This document shows, in pieces, positions 24,801-37,316 of a stretch of DNA of 55,226 bases; position 1 is the stretch's first letter, and every line of letters starts with the position of its first letter. The DNA is taken from positions 97,154,001 to 97,209,226 of the forward strand of contig NC_083232.1 of the NCBI RefSeq assembly GCF_032191835.1. The letters are read 5' to 3'. This stretch comes from Heteronotia binoei. Its lineage: Eukaryota. Under the pieces are notes generated by a model, which searched no databases, was not told the origin of the DNA, and saw nothing but the letters and a program-made list of their open reading frames with translations. The translations under genes and the position numbers were made by a program.

Positions 24801-25127
24801 GGACTTGGTAGTCTATAGCAGACTCCCACAATAATATCACTGTTGTTTCTTACTCCTTTATTTTTACCCAGAGACTCTCAACTGAGCTGCCATGCTCCGA
24901 TTCACGTATTTCCTCACAAGAATATACCTCCACATATACTGCTATGCCTCCGCCCTTTCTCATTTGCCTGTCCCTTTTAAATAAGTTGTACCCCTGAATC
25001 CTAATATTCCAGTTGTGAGTATCATCCCACCACATTTCAGTAAGGCCTGTTATATCATAGTCTCCCTCCTTTATTAGGACTTCCAGTTCCTCCTGTTTGT
25101 TTCCCATACTCTGTGCATTAGTGTAGA

Positions 25128-28100
25128 ATATAGTGTAGAATATCGACATAGCAGCTCTCAGTGAGGTCCGTTTCCCTGAGGAAGGTAGTCTTCAAGAACA
25201 CGGTGCTGGCTATACCCTCTACTGGTCGGGTAAGTCAAAGGCTGAGAGCCGCCTTTCTGGTGTTGGCTTCATGGTCAGGAACTCCATTGCCTCCAAACTT
25301 GAAAACCTGCCAACAGGTCACTCAGATCGCATCATGTCCATGCGCCTCCCACTTCAAAACAAGCAGCATGCAACACTGTTCAGTGTGTATGGCCCAACCC
25401 TTCAAGCAGATCCTGCAGAAAAGAACAAGTTCTATGCTGATCTACGCAACCTCGTACGGAAGACCCCTACAGAGGACAAGGTGATCATCCTTGGCGACTT
25501 CAATGCCAGAGTAGGTAAAGACTCGGAAGCCTGGAAAGGAGTACTTGGCAAACACGGCATTGGCAACTGCAATGACAACGGGCGCCTCCTGCTAGAATTC
25601 TGCATGGAGCACCAGCTCACCATCACCAACACTATCTTCCAGCAGAAGAACAGTCTGAAGACAACCTGGATGCACCCACGGTCCAAGCATTGGCACCTTA
25701 TCGACTACATTCTGGTGCGCCAGAGAGACCTTCGAGATGTCTTACACACCCGAGTAATGCCCAGCGCAGAATGTCATACGGATCATCGTCTTGTACGCTG
25801 CAATCTCCGTCTTCACTTTAAACCCACACCCAGGAGAGGAGGTATCCCTCGGAGGAAGTTTCAGGTTGGCAGCCTCCAGTCAGCCGAAGTTAAAGCTGCC
25901 TTCCAGGCAAAACTCCAGTCAAGAATTGAGGACCCCAGTTGCCCCACAGACCCTTCTCCAGAAGCACTCTGGGAACACCTAAAAACTACCGTCCTGCAGA
26001 TCTCTGAAGAAGTCCTCGGGTTCTCCACAAGGAAGAACAAGGACTGGTTTGATGAGAACAATCAAGAGATCCAAGAATTACTGGCAAAAAAGAGATCTGC
26101 CTACCAAGCACATCTTGCTCAGCCCTCCTGTCCTGGGAAAAAAGCAACCTTTCGCGCTGCATGTAGCAACCTCCAGCGCAAGCTTCGAGACATTCAGAAC
26201 GAGTGGTGGACCAAGCTTGCAGAGAGAACCCAGCTGTGTGCAGACACTGGTGATTTAAGAGGGTTCTACGAAGCCCTGAAGGCAGTATATGGTCCATCAT
26301 ATCAGGCTCAGAGTCCCTTGCATAGTGCAGACGGCCAAGTGCTCCTCACAGACAAGGCATCCATACTGAACCGGTGGTCGGAGTATTTTCAGGTTCTCTT
26401 CAGTGCCAACCGCGTAGTTCAAGATTCAGCAATCCACCTCACCCCACTTCAACCGGTGAAAACAGAGTTGGATGAGATCCCCACCCTAGAAGAGACTGTT
26501 AAAGCCATCAAGCAACTGAAAAGTGGCAAGGCAGCGGGAGTTGATGGAATTCCACCAGAGATCTGGAAGCATGGGGGCACAGTACTACATAGCTCACTTC
26601 ACAAAGTACTTGTCACCTGCTGGGAACAAGGCAAATTACCACAGGACTTTCGCGATGCAATCATCATCACCCTATACAAGAACAAAGGGGAAAAGTCAGA
26701 CTGCTCCAACTACCGGGGGATAACCCTGCTCTCCATCGCAGGCAAAATCCTTGCCAGAATACTCCTGAACAGACTGGTGCCCACCATTGCAGAAGAACTC
26801 CTCCCAGAGAGCCAGTGCGGCTTCAGAGCTAACAGGAGCACCACTGACATGGTATTTGTTCTCAGGCAGCTCCAAGAGAAATGCAGGGAACAGAACAAGG
26901 CTCTGTATGTGACTTTTGTCGACCTTACCAAAGCTTTCGATACCGTTAGCAGGAAAGGCCTGTGGCAAATCTTGGAACGTTTAGGATGTCCCCCAAGGTT
27001 CCTCAGCATGATCATCCAGCTACACGAAGACCAGCGAGGCCAAGTCAGACACTGCAACGACCTCTCGGAGCCCTTCCCAATAGGCACAGGTGTAAAGCAA
27101 GGCTGCGTTCTCGCGCCAACTCTCTTTACGATCTTCTTTAGCATGATGCTCCAAAGAGCCGCAGTAGATCTAGATGATGACGATGGTGTATACATCCACT
27201 ATCGCACCGATGGCAGCCTGTTCAACCTGAGGCGACTAAAGGCCCACTCCAAGACAATGGAAAAACTCATCCGAGAGCTACTGTTTGCTGATGATGCTGC
27301 ACTCGTCTCCCACTCGGCATCAGCTCTGCAGCATATGACGTCCTGCTTTACAGAGGCTGCCAAGCTATTCGGCCTAGAAGTTAGTCTGAAGAAGACAGAA
27401 GTTCTCCACCAGCCTGCACCCCAGGAAGATTATCACCCTCCCTGCATCACTGTGGGTGAATCAGTTCTGAAGACAGTCCAGCAGTTCAGCTACCTGGGGT
27501 GCATCATCTCCTCAGATGCCAAGATCGACAAGGAGATTGACAACAGGCTGGCAAAGGCAAACCGTGCCTTTGGCCGACTGCACAAAAGAGTGTGGAGCAA
27601 CAAGCATCTGAAAAAAGGCACAAAGATCAATGTTTACAAAGCGGTTGTGATGACAACCCTCATCTACGGCTCCGAATCGTGGGTTTTATACCGTCATCAC
27701 CTGCGACTCCTTGAGCGCTTTCATCAGCGCTGCCTTCGCACCATCCTCAACATCCACTGGAGTGACTTTGTGACCAACACTGAAGTCCTCAAGAGGGCGG
27801 AGGTTACCAGCATCGAGGCACTGCTGTTGAAGACGCAGCTGCGCTGGGCAGGGCATATTTCTAGGATGGAAAACCACCGCCTTCCCAAGATTGCCCTGTA
27901 TGGCGAACTCTCCACCGGCCATCGAAATAGAGGGGCACCAAAGAAGAGGTACAAGGACTCCTTGAAGAAATCCCTTAGCACCTGTCACATCAACCATCAC
28001 CAGTGGTCTGACCTAGCCTCAGATCGCAAAGCATGGAGGCACACCATCCACCAGGCTGTCTCTTCCTTTGAGAACGCACGCATAGCTGGTCTTGAGGACA

Positions 28101-28284
28101 AAAGGAGATTGAGGAAGAATCGCACTGCTACAGGACCAACCCTAAATCAGACTTTTCCCTGCAGCCGCTGTGGCCGGACCTGCCTGTCCCACATTGGTCT
28201 TGTCAGCCACCAGCGAGCCTGCAGCAAACGTGGGCTATTGCACCCTTCTTAAATCTTCGTTCGCGAAGCCAAGCCGAGAGAGAG
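25128..28284 (+). mobile_element. 5'-truncated RTE-clade LINE
   Basis: TSD AGTGTAGA (25120-25127, 28285-28292), ~25-nt 3' UTR and (GA)n tail. Confidence 0.93.
25142..28252 (+). CDS. RTE ORF: APE endonuclease, reverse transcriptase, C-terminal Zn-finger-like motif (N-terminus truncated)
   Basis: Open from IDIAALSEVR (25142) through GDFNAR, TDHRLV, QCGFR, DLTKAFD, GVKQG, LFADD to CSRCGRTCLSHIGLVSHQRAC. No stop or frameshift in 1036 codons. Confidence 0.9.
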   Translation: MDIAALSEVRFPEEGSLQEHGAGYTLYWSGKSKAESRLSGVGFMVRNSIASKLENLPTGHSDRIMSMRLPLQNKQHATLFSVYGPTLQADPAEKNKFYADLRNLVRKTPTEDKVIILGDFNARVGKDSEAWKGVLGKHGIGNCNDNGRLLLEFCMEHQLTITNTIFQQKNSLKTTWMHPRSKHWHLIDYILVRQRDLRDVLHTRVMPSAECHTDHRLVRCNLRLHFKPTPRRGGIPRRKFQVGSLQSAEVKAAFQAKLQSRIEDPSCPTDPSPEALWEHLKTTVLQISEEVLGFSTRKNKDWFDENNQEIQELLAKKRSAYQAHLAQPSCPGKKATFRAACSNLQRKLRDIQNEWWTKLAERTQLCADTGDLRGFYEALKAVYGPSYQAQSPLHSADGQVLLTDKASILNRWSEYFQVLFSANRVVQDSAIHLTPLQPVKTELDEIPTLEETVKAIKQLKSGKAAGVDGIPPEIWKHGGTVLHSSLHKVLVTCWEQGKLPQDFRDAIIITLYKNKGEKSDCSNYRGITLLSIAGKILARILLNRLVPTIAEELLPESQCGFRANRSTTDMVFVLRQLQEKCREQNKALYVTFVDLTKAFDTVSRKGLWQILERLGCPPRFLSMIIQLHEDQRGQVRHCNDLSEPFPIGTGVKQGCVLAPTLFTIFFSMMLQRAAVDLDDDDGVYIHYRTDGSLFNLRRLKAHSKTMEKLIRELLFADDAALVSHSASALQHMTSCFTEAAKLFGLEVSLKKTEVLHQPAPQEDYHPPCITVGESVLKTVQQFSYLGCIISSDAKIDKEIDNRLAKANRAFGRLHKRVWSNKHLKKGTKINVYKAVVMTTLIYGSESWVLYRHHLRLLERFHQRCLRTILNIHWSDFVTNTEVLKRAEVTSIEALLLKTQLRWAGHISRMENHRLPKIALYGELSTGHRNRGAPKKRYKDSLKKSLSTCHINHHQWSDLASDRKAWRHTIHQAVSSFENARIAGLEDKRRLRKNRTATGPTLNQTFPCSRCGRTCLSHIGLVSHQRACSKRGLLHPS

Positions 28285-30469
28285 AGTGTAGAGACATCGG
28301 AATCCACGTTTTATGCATCCCGAGGGTTTGGTTTCCGTACAAGCCTGCAAGTTAACATTACCTAGCGTATGCGCCACTCTCTGCAAATCCTAAATGTTCT
28401 TATTCCCAGTTTCTGGCATCATACAAGGCTTTGAATTACTGTCTCGCTCCCCCATTCAATTTAGTTTAAAGCCCTCCTTATTACCGTAGGTTAGCAAGGC
28501 TGTTACCACGCACCCTTTTCCCTACCTCCATAAGGTGCAAATCTTCTCCCAATAGACCACCATCTTGAAAGTGTAAACTGTGGTCTTCTGACGACACCAT
28601 CGACGTAGCCAGTATTCTTCTTTCTCGTCCTAAGCCACGGCCTTCAACAGGAAGCACTGATGAGAACACAACCTGTACGCCCAGCTTCTTCACCTTCTAA
28701 CCCAGAGCCACATAGTCTTTTCTAATACGTTCAGGGCTATGATGGGCAGTATCATTTGTTCCCACGTGGATCAGCAAGAAAGGATAGTAATCCGTGGGCT
28801 TGATAAGTCTTCCAATCCTTTCTCTCACATGCTGGATGCGTGCACCCGGCAGACAGCAGACATCTTGGGATGACAAGTCCGGTCGGCACACTTTGGGCTC
28901 CACCCCTCTGAGCAAGGAGTCTCCAATCACCACCACCTTCCTATATTGGGGAGCAGAAGCTCCAGGCTTCTTATCCACAGGATCCTGAGAAACTTTGTTC
29001 AAGCTTTGTGGAGGCTGGAGAAGTAGGCCTTGTTCCAATGGTTCAAAATCAGTTACTGTGGGGAGATTCTGGAACCTATTGTTGAGCAGCAGGGGCTCAG
29101 AACATCTCCTGATTTACTTTGGGTTTGAACAGATAACCAAGGGTATAAGTTTAGAAATTTATTTACTTTATATCCTGCTTTTCTCCCCAGTGGGGTTCCA
29201 AAGTAGAGCAACTCTCCCAGTGAGCTTGGAGGGCAGAAGTAGGAATTCAAACCTCAATTTCCCAGATCCTAAGCTGACACTCGAACACTAAGCCATGCTG
29301 GCATATCTCCACAGGTCATTTTTGCTGATTTCTCTCCTTCCACTGGAGGCTCCTGAATTATGCTCAGTAGTACCAGAACCACGGGGACAGAATCTTATGG
29401 GGCACAGTTGGTTGCAGGAGGGAAGGACAGGTGTGGGAAACTTCCATTTTGCAAGTCTAAACAATGCCTGCAATTAGTTATGCATGATGCTTTTTTTGAC
29501 ACTGTTATTCACTTATCCCTGGTCATATTTTGTGTTGCTTTTGCAATTTTAAAAATCAGTATTTGCAAATGCAAACTTGAAATGTATAAAAAACCCCCAG
29601 GAACTCTGTCACTTCCCAGACTGACATCATCAATTGTGGCATGGAGCCATCTGCTGGCTGTAGGAACTGCACACTTGTTCCTCTGGCCCCTCGGAAATTC
29701 TTCTCTTCTAAATAGTTTCAAAAAGGGTTTTATCAAATGCTGCTTATATATCAGCTGCAGCGCTTCTGAAGTGCTGCTATAGTTGACTAGACCACACTGA
29801 GATACCTTCCAATTGGCAAAGTTTAGTGCCATGCCTACGGCGGCTTCATATTTCTGAAGCTATATTCAGAAATGGGTTGTGTGTTGTTGTAGTGATGTAT
29901 CCAAGGCAGAAGTAAACAGATGCAATTCTAGAAGCCTTAATTTTTGAAATCTTGCTCTTTCATGATGAGTTCATAAATTGTATTGCAACACTCTCATTTA
30001 ATGAATACCGTTCAGGAAGGAAGACTACCCCAGCTGCACAGTCAAAATGATTCAGATGCTATAAGGAAAGCTAAAACGGGAGAGAATTCATGCTATACTC
30101 CACAAAGAAAAGCTAGATTTAAGTCCAGTAACACGAGACTTACAAGATTTTTTTTGGGGGGGGGGGGGAGATAAGCTTTTGGAGTTAAAGCTTCCTGGGA
30201 GGGCGGGATATAAATTGAATAAACCTAACATAACCTTCATCTGTTGTTGGTCTCAAAGGTGCGAATGGACTCGAATCTAGCTGTTCTACTGCAGCCCAAC
30301 ACGTCTACACTCTGAAACTACCTACAAATGATGTTCTCTTGGCTGTGTGGGAACTGTCATTGTTGCTTTATTTACACCATGCCAGGCACTCTGTGCAAAG
30401 ATCTCAGAGCTCTGCCCCAGTGAGCTTACACTCAAAAATAACTGAGGGAAGAGGGACAAGACAGGGAAG

Positions 30470-30692
30470 AAGAAGAGATGGGATTTATACCCTGCCCTTC
30501 ACTTGGAGTCTTGGAGCAGTTTATAATCTCCTTCCCTTCCTCTCCTCAATAGACACCTCATGAGGCAGGTGGGGCTGAGAGAGCTCTGAGAGAACTGGGA
30601 CTGCCCCAAGGTCACCCAGCAGCTGCATGTTGAGGAGTGGGGAATGAAACCCAGTTCTCCAGTCCACTGCTCTTAACCACTACACCCAACTG
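30470..30692 (-). mobile_element. Squam3-like SINE (older)
   Basis: Reverse-complement family match. Confidence 0.75.
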
Positions 30693-33059
30693 GGAAGGGT
30701 TGGGATAGGCAAAGGTAATGAAGAACAGATGCGAATATGCTTACATTGCATTGCAGCTGGTGAAGACTGGGGGCATCAAGCAAAGCCTTTACGGAAAGAC
30801 AGTTCACTTAATTTCAGGGAGCAGGTGGGCATTCTGCACAACGGACAGCAGCCCCAACGAACTAGGCTCTGGGGGTGTCAGAAGCTACCTGTGTTACGTA
30901 TCAAGAGGGGGACGGGTGCCAAGTTAATTGTGTCCCTGCATAGTTGCCCAGGGGTTATTTGCAATAGTGTAGCATGCTGTAATGATTGAGAAACTGAGCT
31001 ACAAATCAAGAAGTCCAGAGTTTGAATCTCACCCCTGCCAACAGTTTACTAAGCAGCATCAGCTCCACCTCGACCTTTGATATGGAGGTAACTCAAAAGC
31101 ACAATATAAATGTCAAGACTATTACTACATTGAAGAGACAGTGAGCTCAGTTGTTTTATCTGGCACAGATAATGTTAACTTCTGCAGTTAAAGCACTTGC
31201 AAGATTTTATTGGGTCACAATAATTTATTTCAACAATTACTGTAAAGGAAGCAAAGGTTTATTTGCACCAAATAATCTTATGCCAACAGGAACAAAAATA
31301 CAAAAGGTTCAAGCCACTGTTTGAAGGGTAGCGGAAATACAGAAGATGGCACAGTAAGAGGTTATTTACTCTTCAACAGAAGTCACTGACAAAATTGTAA
31401 TCCATAAAACAAGTCCTGCATCTTTAAAAAAAATTATATAATTCTGCTACCAATTAGTCTCATAATCTTTCTATAAATAACATTTAGAAATCTTCTAAAA
31501 AGCAGAATAAACTTGACCTGGAAGCAAACTTCAGTTGCAAAACTGAAATAAGGACCCTTTGCATTCCAAGTAATACATTTTGGGGGAAATCCTCATACCT
31601 AATTTTCAACTAACCTCCCAGAGCACTGAAAAAAGAATCTAAATTCAAGTGCCTTACAATGATTTATGGATTTGTCTTTTATATATTAACAGCTTAACAA
31701 GTGCTGATAATTACGTGATCAGACATGGCTTGTATTTCCCTGTAGCTGTTTCTTAGCTTCAAGATTAAAGGCTTATGCTGAGACAGGAACAAGCTAATAT
31801 CCTATTGAAATTCTAGGATGATGTCAAGTTGTATTTCTTCAATATTATTCTGCTTTTAAAGTCCCAATCTACCTTTTGAAATTGTCATAGTTCAGCATTT
31901 CAACAAAATTGTGGTGGAATGTCAGCTTCCCTGTTCAGTTTTGCCATGTATTTTGTAAAGTGGGTGTTGTGCTCTAATGTAATCTATGCACAGTAGAAGA
32001 ATGTATATTTACTTCTGTATTACACTAAATACTTTTGTTATTTTTCATGAACTAGATCTGAGGATCTCTTTAAGCCCTCCATTTTCATTTGGCTAGTTTT
32101 TGTTAGTGGTAACGAGAACAACACACATTTTGTCTTTGATATTTCAAAAGATTTTCCATGCATTTTGATGAACTTGCTTCTCTTGTCATCAAAAACAATT
32201 TGCACAATGAGAAACACCAGGGGCTCATGGTTATATTGCATCTATGTTTACTTTTTACACCACCTTGACCAATTCTCTGGAGAAGTGCTGCAGACATTTC
32301 CCAAATAAGTAATAATGGAAATGTCAAATACATTCATGGCTGTACTTCCCGTGAACCTTTAAAGTGATACCATAACTGCCTAGAACGTTTGTGTGATCTT
32401 GGATCCTGTCACTGGAAAGAGGACAACTGCCACTAAGCTTTTTACAACACAAGTCACCTGATCTGAATAAGTACATGTTTTCTTTTAAATTTGTTGGTAA
32501 AATCTGAAAAAACCCTAGAATAACAGTCATGTTTTGAGAGCTAAAGGATAAATATGCATAACTACTTAATTATCTGTAAGCTTTCAATCAATGTGCCTGC
32601 ATACCCCTTTGCCTGTTGAAAATGCTGCCTTAAGATAGTCGGCAAGTGCCATCAAACTGATGTACTGATGCCATAATAACCTGTATACTTGATATTTGTT
32701 TTAAACGTAAAGTTGGGTGAAAGCAAAACCAAACATGAAATGTCAGTTTCCAAACATTATCCTAACATGAAAACATCAGGAAGTACCAGCAGATCTAATC
32801 TAGATCATTTTCTCTAGGACTGTATACTGTCCTGTCTCTAGTCTGTTATATCCTGGCCTCCTTTGGCATTTGTGATCATCTGAAATTTTTGTTTAGCAGC
32901 AAATAGTCTGAACAGGGAAAAACACAAGCCATTAGTACATGGCAAAACCGCACACAGGCATGAAGTGATAAAGCAGGATATCCCCCAGACGAAAGGCCTC
33001 AAAACAAACTTGCAAACAAGTCTACAAAAGTTAAACAGCCTGTGCAAGCACCTAGTCCT

Positions 33060-33308
33060 TACTGACTCAAGGGGCGACATCCCATATTTTCTTGGAAGGC
33101 TTTTTTACGAGGTGGTTTGCCCCTGCCTTCCCCAGTCACCAACACTCTACCCCCCCCCCCCAGCAATCATGTTAGCAACCTCAGAAGATGGAAGGCTGAG
33201 TCAACCTTGAGCCAGCTACCTGAACCCAGCTTCCGCCGGAATTGAACTCAGGTCGTGAGCAGAGCTTGGACTGCAGTGCTGCAGCTGACCACTCCGCACC
33301 ACGGGGTT
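33060..33308 (-). mobile_element. Sauria-type SINE, second copy
   Basis: Reverse complement aligns by eye to 1634-1923 (GAAGGCTGAGTCAACCTTGAG core). Confidence 0.75.
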
Positions 33309-35123
33309 TACTAGTGTATAGATTTCCTTGCAGTCCACTTGCCAACACATACTTGTGTTAGGCATTTGGGACGCAAAGGAAGATAATTCCCTCTCTTGTT
33401 CTTTGTAAAAGGTGCTCTCCCTGGGCACCTGGAGGAGTTCCAGATGGGCAGCCAGTTATAGAATGGGAAGTCACTGTGATTACTCTGTAAGAAACCACAG
33501 TACTTGGCACTTGCTCAGGGGTGGTTTAATTGCTGCTTCACACTCTCCAGAGTTGCCCTGCCATTCAAAGCAACTACTGAGCTGTAGGGCAAATAAATGG
33601 ACATCTGCTCATGCTTTGTGGAGAAACAAGCTCCCACTATCAGACAGGAAAGTGGTTTAAAGCATGATTTCAGAGTGTGCTGCAAAATCTTTTGTTTTGT
33701 TTACTTACAGAAAACATGATGGTTTTGAAATTATACAATGTATTCTCAGAAACTAGTCTGTTGGCTTAACCCAGTGACTTGCTAAGGGGAAGTTACAAGG
33801 TAACAAAGAAGGTTTCAGCTTTACAATAGGGTTTCACCTAGAGACAATCTGAGGAAGGATTTCCTGCATTGTGCAGGGGGTTCGACTAGATGATCCTGGA
33901 GATCCCTTCAACTCCATGATTCTATGCTTAGGATTATCAAGTACTGAATGTGGTTGGACAACACAGGCACCAATCAGAATGAAGCCTGGCAACTGTCAGC
34001 AGTTGATTGGTTGGAACCTTCCTGAGCAGGTCTATAAGGAGAGCGAAAAAGAGAAGGTGCTCACGCCAGGCAGGCAGCTGGAAGAGAGAAGTAGAAATCA
34101 ACAGCTTTAGAGAGCTGGACTGATAAGAACCTAAAGGCCAGGAGAAGGAGCTCAGGCAGCCCAGGGAGGGGCTAGAAGAATGGAACCTGAACCTGAGATG
34201 GGTAGAAAGCCTCGGAAGACTCCAAGGTGATTTGATTCAACTGACTTCAAGTATCAAAAGGGTGAAAGAGCTTCTAAGTGAAGCTGCAAGGCCAACTGGG
34301 ATGTCTCCGTCCACATGGCAGTAAGTGGGTGAAGTACTGGCTGGGTGGAGGAATAGAGGGATTTTGCTATCTGTTTCAAAAGGCACACTGACTCCTGGAG
34401 CCTCATCGTAGTCCTTTAAAAAGGGAGAAGGTTGGTTATAAATTTGATCCGCAGCCTTTATCAAATAAACATTTTCTTCTGCTTACATCCCATCCACGGG
34501 TCTCTCCAGGTTCTCAACCTTACTGAGTTCTTCCCATTTGGTTTGTACATCCCATCCGTAGCTGTACTCATTTTCCATCACTGTCCTTACCTGACAGTGA
34601 GAATAATAGAGCAAAGGACAGTAAGAGAAAACAGAATAGTCTAATTTCCAAGGAACATGATTAGGGAGAGCGGATAAAACTTAAAACTCCTGGAAGTCTT
34701 ACCAGGTTGTCACGAGGCTGACAAAGCATTTTTTCAGCTAGTGTCATATCTATTTTGCTTCCACATGGGCCCTGTGAAGCAACATTTTTGCCCAGTTTAG
34801 ATCACAAACGGTGCGCGAACCTGAGATGCTGTTATACAGCATCTCAGCCTTAAATAGATAGATAGAATTAGGATAGTTGCTTCCAAGCAGAGTGGAAAAA
34901 AGGGTTGCCATGCAGGTGATGGGAGCTTCAAGTCCTATCCTTTTTGAGTCCTAAGAAACGCTTAACTGACACACAGCATTGTAGTGCTACCTTATCGCGA
35001 CCATTCAAAGGAAGTGGCAATGAATACTTAAGAAGACACAACAGCAGGTGACTGTGGTGGGAAAGCACAAGAAAATCAATATGCTCACCAGAAGAACTCA
35101 CTTGTAACTGACACTGAGAGCCA

Positions 35124-35794
35124 CTAATTTCCCAACAAGGCCTTCTCCACCCTCTTGAACTTCTTAAGTTCTACAGACAATTCCCAGTATCGGAGGTACA
35201 GCCACATCAGCCTTCCATTCCGACGTTTATTGGTGTTTAGCAAGTTGCTGCAATAGGTATCGTGCCTAAAGATATCTTTCAAGCCCATCTCCATGCCCAA
35301 GTCCAAAGCAATTGGATCAGTTGCTGCTCTAATTAGCAAATTTTTCTCAATTTCCAGTCGCCGGTTTCTGGGAAGCATGAGGCTGCAGTAGATCTCCTGC
35401 CTTTCGGTGAGAGTTTCTTCAAACTCCTTGAGCAAAGCGCCAGCTCTCTTTTGCCACTCTGCTTCTTTCTCCAGACAGCTCTGGTACAAAGCGCCAGCGG
35501 CCCCAGAATGCTGCAGGATCTTTCTTTCTTGTTCCAGCTGGGCATGCTCTTTTTCCAGGGTTCTTCTTTCCTCCACCAATTTACGGCTCTGGGAGACAAG
35601 GGCTTCACGGTAACTTGACGTTCTGTTCCGTTCTTTTTCCAGTTCTAGCTCTAAGTGGGCAACCGAACGGCGATTTTCAATAATTATGTCACGGTATTTC
35701 GATTCAAGCTCTCTTTGTACTGTTGACAGTTTTTGATAGAACTTTTTCCTTTCATTTTCTATCTCCTTCTGCGACTCTCTGGACCAGATCCATC
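35124..35794 (-). CDS. CCDC127: Coiled-coil domain-containing protein 127, last coding exon
   Basis: Acceptor TTGCAG|GA at 35795/35794. Reads (R)WIWSRESQKEIENERKKF...LTERQEIYCSLMLPR...NGRLMWLYLRYWELSVELKKFKRVEKALLGN*. Frame stays open upstream of the ORF-track start. Confidence 0.95.
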
Positions 35795-37195
35795 CTGCAA
35801 TTCATGAGACATAATCCACATGTAAAATTAAATGAAAAACAAACTTCTCATGATAATACTGATACATCATACACAAAGATAGTTTCAGAGGGCAGCTATG
35901 TTGATCTACGGTAGAACAGCTAGCTTTGCATCCAGGAGCACCTTAGAGACCAACAAATTTCTGGGGTATGAACTTCTGAGAGTCAAAGCTCCCTTCATCG
36001 GATCTAGCTCTCACAAATCAGTACCTTCAAAACCTCCTTTATCAAGAAATACAGTCACTTGTTTGAGATAGTTGCTGGCATGAGCCCAGATTCACTAGAA
36101 TATCTGAAGGACTGCTGCGACAGAACAAGTACAGAAGTGTACCATAAAGGTTCAGCAATCAATCAAAACTGTTTTGAATTACTCAATAAGATATATGGTG
36201 GGAAAAGTCAAGGTCTGATGTGGGAGTCTGTTGGAAGAAATTCGATTTTAAAGGCTGAGACTGACATGTTAATCTTAACAGGAGTGTGAATTAGAGATTT
36301 ATGGAAGATATCAGAGCTTTGGTTCAACTTACCTGGGGTATTATAAGAGGCCCTGGAGTGTAATTCAGTTCTGGCAGAGTGCCCTGTTGATGTTATAAAC
36401 CTGTCTGAGTTTTCCTGGCACGTTTTGTTTCAATCTTAACATCCCACAACTCCTTCCTCAATTGTGTACGTTTTACTGAATTTTTGTTGTTCATTGTAAA
36501 AAGAAACCATCTTGTCACTGTCAATTTTACCTCCGTTATCCATTCAGGAGTAGGTGGGTTATGCTCAGGCCTAGATCTTATTCCTCAAACTCAGTTTTCT
36601 CTCTTCTGCCCATTGGGAACCCTGGTGTGGTGGGGTTGGCTGGCAATTGTGACGTGGAGAGATGATCCTGTGAAGTGGCGTTTAGCTCCCAAGGAATCCA
36701 TCACAACCGCCTTGCCCTGTATTGATCTGCCTGCTGACGGGTCAATTCTTCCTCTCCTAAGGGCACCTTCTTTCTGGGAGGCTCAGTTTCTGTTACAGCT
36801 TCAGCCTTCTGTGTGGTAGTACCCACTCTGTGGAATAACTTTCTAGAGATGTGATAAGTGCCTTCTCCAGTTAGGGTCTAGAAATTGTGTAAGGCTGAAC
36901 ACTTTAGGCTTCGGACTGCTTGCTGTGTTTTTCCACCACGCTGTTCAGGCAACATTGCTCAGGGATTTCTGATCTGTTTAAACATTATGCCATTTTATGT
37001 TTGACAATACCTTATGTGCTTTCTGCAAGTCATCTTAAGCACAAATAAAGGTGGGATATAATTGAAGGAACAAACATTTCTATAGAGTTGCTGGATTAAA
37101 CAAATTGAGGCCTACTGGTGCAAATCCCTACCAAGTTAGTACATTCGATAAATTGTAAGATAATGAGAAACTCTTTTATTCCAAATATGACTTAC

Positions 37196-37316
37196 GGAAG
37201 GCAGCCAGTCCCAGCATTGGAACCAACAAGGCATAATTCCATTTGCTGCCATGGCCTCCATCGTCCCGGGCATTAGGGTGGATGTTCCAACTGGGAGGCT
37301 CATTTAAATTATTCAT
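37196..37316 (-). CDS. CCDC127: CCDC127 first coding exon (121 nt)
   Basis: Translated by hand (missing from the ORF track): MNNLNEPPSWNIHPNARDDGGHGSKWNYALLVPMLGLAAF+C, donor C|GTAAGT at 37196/37195. Phase 1 matches the GA start of the next exon. Likely acceptor GAAG| at 37325/37324. Total CDS is 792 nt, 263 aa. Confidence 0.95.

Larger units (their letters stand above)
22328..29100 (-). mobile_element. Near full-length degenerate CR1 LINE (ORF1 esterase + ORF2), interrupted by an RTE
   Basis: ORF1 VVVIGDSLLRG...LIHVGTND (SGNH/GDSL esterase, 28697-29038). ORF2 fragments: YTNAQSMGNKQEELE (endonuclease), 23594-24829, DFSKAFD...GVPQ...FADD (23105-23491). CR1-type 3' end at ~22330. Many frameshifts and stops. 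Confidence 0.92.

Noticed and set aside
25161-28000. Antisense and alternate-frame ORFs within the RTE (and within the L2 at 44936-46728)
   Set aside because: Shadow frames of the retrotransposon coding sequence with no independent features.
31000-32800. CCDC127 3' UTR end and poly(A) site
   Set aside because: The region is AT-rich with several minus-strand AATAAA, but nothing in the sequence selects one site.
33950-34420. Further solo LTRs (also ~36060-36900)
   Set aside because: CCAAT/TATA-like content is suggestive, but I could not find TG..CA ends with a TSD.
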